Position numbers and translations under genes: made by a program. A stretch of DNA of 64,000 nt from Nitrosopumilus sp. (GTDB lineage Archaea; Thermoproteota; Nitrososphaeria; Nitrososphaerales; Nitrosopumilaceae). The notes below the pieces were generated by a model. That model searched no databases. It had not been told where the DNA came from and was given only the letters and a program-made list of their open reading frames with translations. Where the stretch lies: positions 896,001 to 960,000 of the forward strand of contig OY759726.1 in assembly GCA_963662625.1 (NCBI GenBank), written 5' to 3'. This document shows, one piece after another, positions 37,310-47,118 of this stretch (positions are counted from its first letter, which is position 1; each line of letters opens with the position of its first letter).

Positions 37310-38560
37310 CTAAAGCCGCGGAATTACTCTGGATTTTGCCGTGATGGCAATGATGCTGACAATCGCGACGGCAAGCACCACCATCGCAATCGCTCCGAAT
37401 TCCGGGACGACATTCGTGAATATCAGCTCCTCGTCTACCGGCCCGGTGATGTCAATCGGGTCATGAGGATGGGACTCAATACCGGTCGCGTCCGGGTCGT
37501 ATCCATGGCCACGGAACACTATGCTGATGTCCACGGGATCACCGGTGCTGAGCGGCGCTGTCTTGAACGTCTCCAATCCGTGGCTGTGTGCGGTTTCTCG
37601 CAGGACTTCCATGCCGTTCTGCGACACTGTGACACCGTAGTTTGGATGGCCTTCGTCCACATGCAGGATGATGATCTGCAGCTGCTCGCCCGCCGCGGGC
37701 TCGCCAGTCCATACCGAGACCACCGTGCCGTCAGACAGCATTCCCTGTACCGTAGGATCGGAATTCGTAACCACTGCGACATCATCTCCTGGCATAACAC
37801 TAGTGAACGCCAACTCCTCGCCGATTGGTCCGGCCAAGTCATTCACTCCATAACCCTGGAACACTATGCTGATGTCCACGGGATCACTGGTGCTGAGCGG
37901 CGCAGTGCTCATCGTCGCCACCCCCTCGTGCTCGTGTCCGCCTTCGTCGCGCAGGACGTCTTCGCCGTTCTGCGTTACCACTACGTCGTAGTTGACATGG
38001 TCCGAATCGGCGAACTTGATGGTGACCTGCAGCTGCTCGCCCGCCGCGGGCTCGCCAGTCCATACCGAGACCACCGTGCCGTCAGACAGCATTCCCTGTA
38101 CGGCGGGATCTCCCGGATCAGCCCCTGACTTCCCGCCGTGATCGTCCATGCCATCCGCTCCGTCGTCGTCTGCCTGCACCACGATCAGCCCCTCCATCCA
38201 CGGGTGGACTATGCAAAAGTACTGGACCTCGCCCACTTCCTCCGTCTTGAACTCGTAGGAAGCGCCAGCCATGACCAGGGAGCTGTCAAACACGCCGCTT
38301 GGGCCGTCCCTCGCGGTGCCGCCGGTGAACGTGTGCGCGACAGTGTCCGTGTTCGAGAATATCACGACCCCTCCGACGTCAACCGTCACCGTGGAAGGGA
38401 TGAAGCACCCCTCGGGGGTGGTCTCGCATCCTGCCACGCCGGATCCCTGCGCCGGCACGACGGTGACTTCGGAATGATCCGCGAGTGCCGCGGGGGACGC
38501 CGCAAGCCCTGCCATGGCCGCAAACAGCACGAAAAAAGCGCCTATCGTTATTTTCTTCAT
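37310..38560 (-). CDS. Blue-copper PEFG-CTERM surface protein, copy 2, with an internally duplicated His-containing Ig-like domain
   Basis: Same N-terminal ~132 aa as 24506-25357; two QGMLSDGTVVSVWTGEP domains; VPEFG. Confidence 0.9.
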   Translation of the reverse strand: MKKITIGAFFVLFAAMAGLAASPAALADHSEVTVVPAQGSGVAGCETTPEGCFIPSTVTVDVGGVVIFSNTDTVAHTFTGGTARDGPSGVFDSSLVMAGASYEFKTEEVGEVQYFCIVHPWMEGLIVVQADDDGADGMDDHGGKSGADPGDPAVQGMLSDGTVVSVWTGEPAAGEQLQVTIKFADSDHVNYDVVVTQNGEDVLRDEGGHEHEGVATMSTAPLSTSDPVDISIVFQGYGVNDLAGPIGEELAFTSVMPGDDVAVVTNSDPTVQGMLSDGTVVSVWTGEPAAGEQLQIIILHVDEGHPNYGVTVSQNGMEVLRETAHSHGLETFKTAPLSTGDPVDISIVFRGHGYDPDATGIESHPHDPIDITGPVDEELIFTNVVPEFGAIAMVVLAVAIVSIIAITAKSRVIPRL

Positions 38561-38597
38561 TGGTTAAGTGCCATGCTTGGAGCATAAAAACCTCACT
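38162..38597. repeat. 436-bp direct repeat, copy 2
   Basis: Matches 24959-25394. Confidence 0.9.
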
Positions 38598-39203
38598 GAT
38601 CTCGTGGTGCCCGGACCGCTTCCGCACCTAGTCGCCCCTGCCCCCGGCGGCGGATCCTGCCCGGAACAGGACGGGCGGGATGGTGCCCCCGTTCTGGCAT
38701 GCCCGCATGCTGGCCCGGGGCGTGTACGCCCCGTGGGAACGGGGCGGCGGGCCGCACTGCCGCGCGGGTGGCGGCACGCCTTCCGCAAGTCGGGCGGGGG
38801 AGGCCCGCGCACGGCAGGGGATCCCTTGCCGCGTCCGCCTTCCAGCGGATCAGGGATCGTCGGCCTCCACCGGCCCGAGTCGCGGGGCGCCACCATGCCC
38901 CTCCAGCGCCTGACGCATTTCGCGTTGTAGGTTGCCGCCAGCAGGCACGGCGGGGGCCGCGATCCAAGGCTTTTCCGGCCAGGCATGTTGGATCAGTTGA
39001 TCATATGTTTTCACCCGGCAGTTCTGGGGGTTACGCAACATGCTATGATCCCAGCCTGTTGCACAAACGCGTCTAACCGAAAAACGCCATGAATCTTGCG
39101 CCTGAAATCTGAGCCATGCAGCAGGCCGCGATCCAGGCGACTCACGTTTGTTCCCTGCGGATCCAGGCATCGCCCCAGTGACGCGGGGACCCGGCCAACG
39201 CGC

Positions 39204-40016
39204 CTACCGCCTTCTCGACCGGCACAACTTCACCACGCCAACCGCGGGAATTCCCACATACATCCCCACGTTCAACATAACCACCGCCATGCCGTAGACA
39301 AGCATCTCGTGCTCGGAGTCAATCCCTGCATAATCCAGTATTGATAATGACGACAGCAGCGGCACCAGCGCTATCTTAGTGGCTTCCTTGAATGCAGGAT
39401 GCTCCCTCTCAAAGTCTGCGATTGACGGCGAGAATGAGTAATAGATTTCGTTGAACGCCGTCATGAACGCCGTCCCGGACTCCGTCATGAGTATCGTGCC
39501 GTCCCTGAGCTCCCTTAGTCGCTGCACCTGTGGCGCAAGTTCAGACCCGTACGCCGCAGTAGCAATCAGGCAGCCTCCCCCTCCGTCGTCCCCATTTACG
39601 CCAAGATCCGGAATCTCCGTCTGGCCCACCATGATGCCAAACGTCACAGCTTCTTCTGGGATTGGCAGAAACAGGATGCCCTCTACTTGGACATATACGT
39701 CGTGTGCCCCCTCTTCGACAAATTCCACCGGGATCCTTACCGAGCCCTCCGAAGTATGCGTCAACGGAATCGGCCCAAAAATGGCCTGGTTTCCCTTTGA
39801 AACCGTCACCGTGTAATCGATGTGTTCCTGCACCATTTGTGTCTGTGGGTTGATAAAATCTATGCCCAGCCTGGTCTGCTGGCCGGGAACCATTTCCCCG
39901 TATGACAACTTAACATCTAGCGTCCCCCCGTCCGTGGGGCGGGTCACCTCCGATTCCTGGGCAAACGCGGGCGTTGCCAGCAGGGGAACCAAAGCCAGCA
40001 GCAGCAGGAATCTCAC
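39204..40016 (-). CDS. CFI-box-CTERM secreted protein
   Basis: GGGCLIATAAYGSELAPQVQRLRELRD...YYSFSP. GTG at 40016 gives a clean signal peptide 25 bp below the TATA box. Confidence 0.85.
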   Translation of the reverse strand: MRFLLLLALVPLLATPAFAQESEVTRPTDGGTLDVKLSYGEMVPGQQTRLGIDFINPQTQMVQEHIDYTVTVSKGNQAIFGPIPLTHTSEGSVRIPVEFVEEGAHDVYVQVEGILFLPIPEEAVTFGIMVGQTEIPDLGVNGDDGGGGCLIATAAYGSELAPQVQRLRELRDGTILMTESGTAFMTAFNEIYYSFSPSIADFEREHPAFKEATKIALVPLLSSLSILDYAGIDSEHEMLVYGMAVVMLNVGMYVGIPAVGVVKLCRSRRR

Positions 40017-40379
40017 AACGCTGGTTTTTCCAACCCGCAAATAAAAACATCACTAATCCGCCAGTTGAGCCGGACGCACCAGGGGCGTGGCTGGAATCCG
40101 TGCCGACAAGCTTCGCCCGGTACCTGATCCGAGCCGCACTCCATTGGCCGCCAGCTGGCATTTTCCTGCATCCCATCCCGCGGCCTGCGGACAAGCCCGC
40201 GCCGCATGGCGGCCCCCCCCTTTCTGCGGCGACCCCGCGCCCGCATCCTGCAAACGCAAGGACGGGCAGGTGCCACTGACCGAGCCACCTTGGGCTGCAG
40301 GCAAGCCGCTAAAGGCAGGCGCGAAATTTGACCCCACGTTCCTGTATTCTTTAAATATGGAAATACGCGAATAGATCCT

Positions 40380-42059
40380 GTGTCTGGCCAGTCCGCAATG
40401 CTTTTCGTCATAGCCGGCATCTTCGCAGCTACTGCCTTGGCTCCCCAGGCGTACGGCCACGGGCTGGGCGGCGACCAGGCCCCCGCACTGACATTTGGCG
40501 ACATGGAGGTGACCGTCAGGACAGAGGTCACGCCGTCTGATATCACGGTAGGAGACATTGACAACATCAACATGAGCGTGCGCTTCTTTGACACCCTCAC
40601 CGACACGACGCTGGAAAAGGTGACCTACAGGATTGAGGTCTGGCAGAAAGGCGAACTCTTGGCCAGGAACCTGTTTTACGACTTGGACGGAACTCTAAAC
40701 GTCGAAATCCGGCCGCAGGCTGGGTGCCAGGACGTGGATCTGTGGCGGTGCACCGTCTACGGGGGCTCTGAACACGTAACCGCGCCGGGCGCATTGTTCG
40801 TTCAGGGAGACGGAAAGCCGACGATAACCGGCCCTCTGTTCGTCCAAGGTGGGCTGTACAACGTCAGGGTGGACATAGAGGGCGCCACCAGTCCGAAAAC
40901 CATGGTTGCGGATCTGCTGAGCTACGACACGTTTATCAGCGTTGCGCAGGAACAGGACTTCCTCATCCAGACGGCAAGCGCCGAAGAAGTACCCGTAGTC
41001 GTGAAAACGTACTACGACGAAGTGGATAACTTCCAGTTCGACCAGCATGACAATTCCATCTCGTTTGAGATGCCGTTTGACTGGACCCCGAGCTATGTGG
41101 ATCTGGTCCAGGTAGTGCACGAGGAGATCAGGGTGCCTAAATCGTTTACGCCGTATGCGGAGGGAAAACAGTTCACGGGGTATGTCAACGGGGTCGAAAT
41201 CGAGCAGCGGGCGCTGTTAAACGATCCATACTCGTACGACGACACCAACATCATGCATTTTCTCATCTCAAAAAACGACCTGCAGAGGATCAACGAGACG
41301 TTGGGTCCTGAGAACCACTCGAACCCCACGATGAAACTAAAACTCGTCCCGCAGAGCGGGATCTCAAAGAACTCGACCCAGTTTTACCTGGTGGACTCGG
41401 AAAACAACCGGGTACCGGCCAACGTGAGCCTGTCTTGGGACGGCAACTATGGAGCAGGCGACCAGGTTCCGTTCGAGATAACCTTCTTGGACGACGATGG
41501 CAACCTGATTCGCGACATCCGCTATGCGGTGTTCCTGATTGACGGGAACGGGCAGGAGCTTGCAGTGCTCGCAGGAGACGATCCTGCCAACCCCGGAATC
41601 CCAGCCCCCGAGGGAATCGACGTCCAAAAGATGCTCGTTCCGTCCCAAGGGCAGTACAGGATCGACATTCTGGTCTACGGCACCGGCCTGGACTATGACG
41701 CGACATACTCCGGAATAGGCTCCGGGCTGATCGAACTGGGGCCGAGCCTCGTCCAGGGCACCGCGCCCGCGTCCTCACAGCCCGCAGAGATCCCCGGCTG
41801 GATAAGGAACAACGCCGGGTGGTGGGCCGCGGGCCAGATAGACGACGCCTCGTTCGTCCAGGGTCTCCAGTACCTGATCAAGGAAGGAATCCTCAACATC
41901 CCCCAGACCGCGCAGGACCCGGAGGCGGGCTCCGGCGAGATCCCCGGCTGGATAAGGAACAACGCCGGGTGGTGGGCCGCGGGCCAGATAGACGACGCCT
42001 CGTTCGTCCAGGGTCTCCAGTACCTGATCAAGGAAGGAATCCTGAAAGTGGGCTCGTAG
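40380..42059 (+). CDS. Secreted protein, paralog of 28080, with two C-terminal Trp-rich (IPxWIxxxAGWW) repeats
   Basis: AYG-HGLGG; YYDE...MPFDW...VVHEE; two copies of [35 protein letters not shown]. Confidence 0.85.
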   Translation: MSGQSAMLFVIAGIFAATALAPQAYGHGLGGDQAPALTFGDMEVTVRTEVTPSDITVGDIDNINMSVRFFDTLTDTTLEKVTYRIEVWQKGELLARNLFYDLDGTLNVEIRPQAGCQDVDLWRCTVYGGSEHVTAPGALFVQGDGKPTITGPLFVQGGLYNVRVDIEGATSPKTMVADLLSYDTFISVAQEQDFLIQTASAEEVPVVVKTYYDEVDNFQFDQHDNSISFEMPFDWTPSYVDLVQVVHEEIRVPKSFTPYAEGKQFTGYVNGVEIEQRALLNDPYSYDDTNIMHFLISKNDLQRINETLGPENHSNPTMKLKLVPQSGISKNSTQFYLVDSENNRVPANVSLSWDGNYGAGDQVPFEITFLDDDGNLIRDIRYAVFLIDGNGQELAVLAGDDPANPGIPAPEGIDVQKMLVPSQGQYRIDILVYGTGLDYDATYSGIGSGLIELGPSLVQGTAPASSQPAEIPGWIRNNAGWWAAGQIDDASFVQGLQYLIKEGILNIPQTAQDPEAGSGEIPGWIRNNAGWWAAGQIDDASFVQGLQYLIKEGILKVGS

Positions 42060-42091
42060 ATTTTTAAATAGATTCTGCTGAGGTAAGGCTG

Positions 42092-42298
42092 TTGAAGGAC
42101 ATCAATGACATCATGCCGAGGATCCCTAACATGAGGTGGGGCGCCCTGATGAACAAGGCGCCCACCAACCAGCGAATCCATGAAATGAACAGCATCTTCC
42201 CGTCAAATGGGAGGTGGCACACCGTCTTTGAGGAAAAAGACAACATTACCATCGACGGAAAACAAGTCTGGAAAAAAGATCCCAAAAAATGGACCTAA
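42092..42298 (+). CDS. Small conserved hypothetical protein
   Basis: MKDINDIMPRIPNMRWGALMN...GRWHT; coupled to the next gene. Confidence 0.7.
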   Translation: MKDINDIMPRIPNMRWGALMNKAPTNQRIHEMNSIFPSNGRWHTVFEEKDNITIDGKQVWKKDPKKWT

Positions 42299-43839
42299 AA
42301 AATTTTACAAAGCACCCCGCCATGCCCCTGGCGCTCTCCCTGGTTCTTCTCGCCCCCCCCGGCAGCGCCCTCGGCCACGGGGTCGGCAGCGAGACGTTCC
42401 CCCCGGTGGAACTAAACGGCAGGCAGGTCGCGCTGGAGGCCTCCTCCTCCCAGGGCGATCCCGCCGCCGGCCAGCAGATCTCGATCTCGCTTCTTGACTT
42501 TGACTCCAAGATCACGCTGCGGGACGTGGCCTTCCACATAAGGTCCGAACGCGGTACGCAGTTCCTCTTTGAGGAGGAGTTCAAGGCAGACAACGGGGTA
42601 CTCGTCTTCAACTTCGTGTCAGAAGACGCCGGCCCCGTCGTGGTTGAGGAGGCAGGCGGCGACCTGTTCGGTTCGCTGCTGGGACTGGAAAGCAGGGAGA
42701 TCCACGTCAAGGGCCCGAAACTAGCTGACGGCGGGCTCTACAAGTTCGACGTATCGGTGCTGGCAGCCGACGGGTATTCCAAGACGCTTGACGAGCCACT
42801 GGTGTACAACGTCGGAATCTCCGTCCCGCAGACGGTGGAGCACGAGATACACCACCCCGACTACGGCAGCCAGACCATACAAACCATCACGTACTACGAC
42901 GAGCTTTCAGACTTCAACTACGACATACCGTCCAAGGAGGTCTCGTTCTCAATGCCGTTTGACTGGACCGAAAGCAACATAGAGCAGACATCAGTGGTCC
43001 ACGAGGAGCTGGTGATCCCCAAGACGTTCGGCGACCTGCTGGCGTCGGGATTCGTCATGTACATCAACGGCGTCCGACTATCCGACGGCATAGTCTCCAT
43101 AGACGACTTTGCCGACGTGCGCACCGTCCACTTCATCGTGAACCAGCAGGAGCTGGGGAGGGTGTTCGAGAACAGCGACCGCCCGGGAATGGACTTTGTC
43201 GTAAAGCCCGCATCGGACAAGACTCAGCTCAGCTCCGTCACCCAGAACGGGCAGTTCCGGGTACTCGTGTCGTGGGAACCGGGCAGGCTGGAGTCAAACT
43301 CCGGGGCGGCCATATCGTTTGACATCATGGACGTGTTTCTCAAGGACCTGCCCGTTGCAGTAAGCTACGACTTTTCCGTGACCCATGGCGAGGAAACCAT
43401 ATTCTCCCAGAGCGGGATCGCCGCCGGCTCGAAAGACAGCCGCAACACCGCGGAATTCACGATCCCGGATGGCGTAAGCGGGATAATCCGCCTCAATTTT
43501 GACAACCTGTCCGGCAATCCCTTCGCGGCCACCTCTGTCCCCGTCATAGTGGACAGCACGGTACCGCGCGCAGCCCCGGTCCCGTCCTGGATCAAGGCCA
43601 GCGCCGGCTGGTGGGCCGAAGGCTCCATCGGGGACGACACCTTCCTGCGGGGAATCGGGTTCCTGATCTCAAACGACGTGATACGCATCCCCTACTCGCA
43701 GGGGCCTTCCCCGTCCCCGGGGGAAATCCCGTCCTGGATCAAGGCCAGCGCCGGCTGGTGGGCCGAAGGCTCCATCGGGGACGGGGAGTTTGTCCGAGGC
43801 ATCCAGTTCCTGATCGAACAGGGGATACTCGTGGTCTGA
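42289..43839 (+). CDS. Secreted protein, paralog of 28080/40380, with two Trp-rich C-terminal repeats
   Basis: ALG-HGVG; YYDE...MPFDW...VVHEE; two copies of PSWIKASAGWWAEGSIGD. Confidence 0.85.
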   Translation: MDLKNFTKHPAMPLALSLVLLAPPGSALGHGVGSETFPPVELNGRQVALEASSSQGDPAAGQQISISLLDFDSKITLRDVAFHIRSERGTQFLFEEEFKADNGVLVFNFVSEDAGPVVVEEAGGDLFGSLLGLESREIHVKGPKLADGGLYKFDVSVLAADGYSKTLDEPLVYNVGISVPQTVEHEIHHPDYGSQTIQTITYYDELSDFNYDIPSKEVSFSMPFDWTESNIEQTSVVHEELVIPKTFGDLLASGFVMYINGVRLSDGIVSIDDFADVRTVHFIVNQQELGRVFENSDRPGMDFVVKPASDKTQLSSVTQNGQFRVLVSWEPGRLESNSGAAISFDIMDVFLKDLPVAVSYDFSVTHGEETIFSQSGIAAGSKDSRNTAEFTIPDGVSGIIRLNFDNLSGNPFAATSVPVIVDSTVPRAAPVPSWIKASAGWWAEGSIGDDTFLRGIGFLISNDVIRIPYSQGPSPSPGEIPSWIKASAGWWAEGSIGDGEFVRGIQFLIEQGILVV

Positions 43840-44012
43840 GGCGCCCTTGCCCCGCGCGCGCCGCGCGGGCGGGCGGCGGACGCGCATTATATTAAACCGT
43901 GACGCCCTGATAAGCTGGTTGAATGCAACGCACAGGACTTGCATGAGCGCCCGGTGCGGGGACGCCAGCCCGGTTCGGCCGTGCGCTGCCGGCCGCCCTG
44001 GCACTGCTGCTT

Positions 44013-45173
44013 GTGCCGCTGCTCTCCCCCGCATCGGCGGAGGTATACGTTCCCGAGCACGAGTATCTGGGATACTTTGACGGACACGGCGTGTACACGG
44101 TGGTCGGAAACGTAAAAAACGCGAACGCCTTTGCCGTGATCCCCACCGTCACGGTTCACGTCGCCGATGGCTCGCAAACCCTGTCAAAGGCGATCAGGTA
44201 CGTGCCGGCTGCGGCCGGAAGCGAGGCCCCATTCAAGGTCAAGTTCCCAGGAGTCGGGCTCGAATCGCCCGTGCTACGGGGCGCCGGCCTGGAGTTCGTC
44301 CGCACGGAGCACGCACCTTCCACGCTGCGGGTCCTCTACGACGACACCCTGGTAATGCACGCAGGCGGCCACCTTACCGGAAGGCTCCAAAATACCGGCG
44401 ACAGGACGGTGCACTTTCCAACGGTGCACGCGGTGGTTCACGGCCGTGATGCCCCGCTTGACGTAGCGCAAAACATCGGGCTGATTGAAAAGATAGGGCC
44501 CGGGGAGACGGTGGCCTTCTCGATGCACCCCGATCCCGCCATAACGGCCAAGGTCTCCCACTACAGCTGCTTTGCCCCGGCAGACACCACGGTGATCCCC
44601 GTGACTGCCATTAAGAACGGCGGCAAGTTTGACTTCAGGTACGACTCGGGGGCCTGGTTCTATGCAGCAAAGTTTGACGGGGAGGGGACCGCGATGACGA
44701 TGCGTGGATACAACAGCTTCCCCTTGGAGACCCATGCAAACTTTGAGTTTGCCCCGATCTCCGGCAACGAGGTCTTCTCAGTCACGGTCAACGGAGAGCC
44801 CGTGGAGTTCATCCAGAGCATGGACGAGATGGGGTTCTGGCACGTCGCGTTTTCGGTGGGGCCCACCTCTCAGGGCGTGCTGGAGATCTCGGGCTTTGAG
44901 AAGGGGCTGCCCCCGGTGCCGCAGTGGGTCAAGGAAAACGCCGGGTGGTGGAGCGAGGGAAAGATCCCAGACTCGGAGTTCCTCGAGGCGGTGGGGTTCC
45001 TGGTGGAAAGGGGGGCAATCACCCTGCAGGGAGATGCCGCCCCCGGCGCGGCCGCGGCCGTCCCGTCATGGGTGAAGGATCTCTCCGGCTGGTGGTCAGA
45101 GGGCAGCATCTCCGACGAATCTTTTGTCAACGCGGTATCCTACCTGCTTGACCGGGGGATCATGCGGGTCTAG
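44013..45173 (+). CDS. Secreted FxLYD-like protein with two Trp-rich C-terminal repeats (true start uncertain)
   Basis: VVGNVKN and LTGRLQNTG Ig-like domains; VPQWVKENAGWW and VPSWVKDLSGWW. Confidence 0.75.
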   Translation: MPLLSPASAEVYVPEHEYLGYFDGHGVYTVVGNVKNANAFAVIPTVTVHVADGSQTLSKAIRYVPAAAGSEAPFKVKFPGVGLESPVLRGAGLEFVRTEHAPSTLRVLYDDTLVMHAGGHLTGRLQNTGDRTVHFPTVHAVVHGRDAPLDVAQNIGLIEKIGPGETVAFSMHPDPAITAKVSHYSCFAPADTTVIPVTAIKNGGKFDFRYDSGAWFYAAKFDGEGTAMTMRGYNSFPLETHANFEFAPISGNEVFSVTVNGEPVEFIQSMDEMGFWHVAFSVGPTSQGVLEISGFEKGLPPVPQWVKENAGWWSEGKIPDSEFLEAVGFLVERGAITLQGDAAPGAAAAVPSWVKDLSGWWSEGSISDESFVNAVSYLLDRGIMRV

Positions 45174-45234
45174 CTTCGGCACGTACCGCCTGAAACAATC
45201 TTATTATACAAACCTCCTATAAAGCCACCATACC

Positions 45235-46011
45235 ATGTTTCCCTTACGGGATGAAAACCCACACCCGCCAGGATTCAAGCCCAAAGTAACCTATGCTCTG
45301 ATTGTGATAAACGTGGCGGTGTTTTTCATCGAGGTCGCGTACACCGGGCAGTTTTTCGAGTTCACAAACAACAGGGCGTTTGACTTGTTCTACAACTGGG
45401 GCGCGGTGCCCCACTGCGTCATGGGCGGAACCGTCATGAACATAGACTTTGGCGCGGGGCCCGTCCGCATCCCGTGCACCGACATGCCGTACGTCTCCCT
45501 GATCACCTCCACCTTCCTGCACGGCGGCCTGATGCACCTGGGGGGCAACATGCTGTTCCTGTGGATATTCGGCGACAACATCGAGCAGAAGTTCGGCAAG
45601 CTAAAGTACATAGGGATCTACCTGGCGTGGGGCGTGGCAGCGGGCATGATCCACATACTCGGCGACGTCAACAGCGCCATTCCGGCAGTCGGGGCGTCGG
45701 GGGCAATCTCGGGGATCCTGGGAGCCTACCTCGTAATCTTCCCGAGGGCGCGCGTCCAGACGTTCCTGATCCTGGGGTTCTTTTGGAGGATGATGCACAT
45801 CCAGGCAAAGTGGTTCCTGCCATTCTGGCTGATCTTCCAGAACCTGCTGCCGTTCTTCATAGGGGGATTCGGCGTGGTCGCATCCGACAGCGTGGCGTAC
45901 CTTGCGCATATCGGCGGCTTCGCGGTGGGGCTGGGAACGGGCTACCTGTACAAAAAGATGCACGGCTCGGAGTTCACGTACGGCACGCGGTACGGGTACA
46001 GGCCCGACTAG
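45235..46011 (+). CDS. Rhomboid intramembrane serine protease
   Basis: FLHGG..HL.GNM, GASG, AHIGG. Confidence 0.95.
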   Translation: MFPLRDENPHPPGFKPKVTYALIVINVAVFFIEVAYTGQFFEFTNNRAFDLFYNWGAVPHCVMGGTVMNIDFGAGPVRIPCTDMPYVSLITSTFLHGGLMHLGGNMLFLWIFGDNIEQKFGKLKYIGIYLAWGVAAGMIHILGDVNSAIPAVGASGAISGILGAYLVIFPRARVQTFLILGFFWRMMHIQAKWFLPFWLIFQNLLPFFIGGFGVVASDSVAYLAHIGGFAVGLGTGYLYKKMHGSEFTYGTRYGYRPD

Positions 46012-46046
46012 CCAAGGAATAAATCAACGGGGCCCCACCACACCAC

Positions 46047-46223
46047 ATGCCACTGATCACGGTGTCCATGTACCCTGGCAGGACCCAGGAACAGAAGGAC
46101 GAATTTGCAAAGGCGGTGACGAGGTCCGCGGCGGAGATCCTCAAGACTAAGGAGGACCACGTCATCGTGGTCTTTGAGGACAACCCCCGGGAGAACTGGT
46201 TCCTGGCAGGGCGCCGGCTCTGA
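46047..46223 (+). CDS. 4-oxalocrotonate tautomerase family protein (missing from ORF track)
   Basis: M-PLITVSMYPGRTQEQKDEFAKAVT...ENWFLAG with the catalytic Pro1. Confidence 0.9.
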   Translation: MPLITVSMYPGRTQEQKDEFAKAVTRSAAEILKTKEDHVIVVFEDNPRENWFLAGRRL

Positions 46224-46308
46224 CGGCCGGTTCGTCCAGGCCTCGCCGGCGCGGGTCCTGCCAAGCCGTCCCCCCGCGCGCCTTACCCTTTTATCCCCGA
46301 TGGGACGC

Positions 46309-47118
46309 ATGAGACCCGTGAAAGTGGGGGTTGTGCAGCTAAGGGCGTCTACGGACAAGGGGGCCAACCTGGAAAAAGCGCTGGGCCACATATCCCGGGC
46401 GGCCGGGCGGGGGGCGGGCCTCGTGGCGTTTCCAGAATTCATGATGCTCTACACGGATTCGTCGCAGACCCCCGGGCAGCTTGCGGGCCTCGCCGAGACG
46501 CTCGACGGCCCGTTTGTCTCCGGGATCGCAGATTCCGCGAGGCGGAACCGGATACAGGTGGTCGGATCGTTTTACGAAAGGAGCGGCAGGCGGGACCGCG
46601 TCTACGACACCTCGTTCCTGATCGGCAGGTCGGGAAAGGTAATCTCCGCATACAGGAAGATCCACCTGTATGACGCGCTGGGGTTCCGGGAGTCCGACAA
46701 GATGGCCCCCGGCTCCGGCATTGCCAGGCCGGCAAGGACGTCGGTCGGAATGGTCGGCATGCTGATCTGCTACGACCTGAGGTTTCCGGAGATGTCGCGC
46801 CTGCTTGCGACCGCGGGATCCGAGGTCCTGGTCGCGCCGTCTGCCTGGGTGGCAGGCGACATGAAGGAGGATCACTGGCTCGCGATAAACAAGACGCGCG
46901 CCATTGAAAACGGCTGCTATGTGGTCGCGCCCGACCAGGTGGGAAACATCTACTGCGGGAGGAGCCTGGTGGTGGACCCGTTCGGCAGGGTGATCCTAGA
47001 CATGAAAAAGAGGCAGGGCATCGGCTATGCCGACATAGACCCGGACAGGGTAAGACAGGTCAGGAAGGCGCTGCCGCTGCTGAAGAACAGGAGGCCTGAC
47101 GTGTATTCAGCGTTTTAG
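46309..47118 (+). CDS. Carbon-nitrogen hydrolase (Nit/YafV-like)
   Basis: FPE, YRKIHL, ICYDLRFPE, RAIEN. Confidence 0.92.
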   Translation: MRPVKVGVVQLRASTDKGANLEKALGHISRAAGRGAGLVAFPEFMMLYTDSSQTPGQLAGLAETLDGPFVSGIADSARRNRIQVVGSFYERSGRRDRVYDTSFLIGRSGKVISAYRKIHLYDALGFRESDKMAPGSGIARPARTSVGMVGMLICYDLRFPEMSRLLATAGSEVLVAPSAWVAGDMKEDHWLAINKTRAIENGCYVVAPDQVGNIYCGRSLVVDPFGRVILDMKKRQGIGYADIDPDRVRQVRKALPLLKNRRPDVYSAF

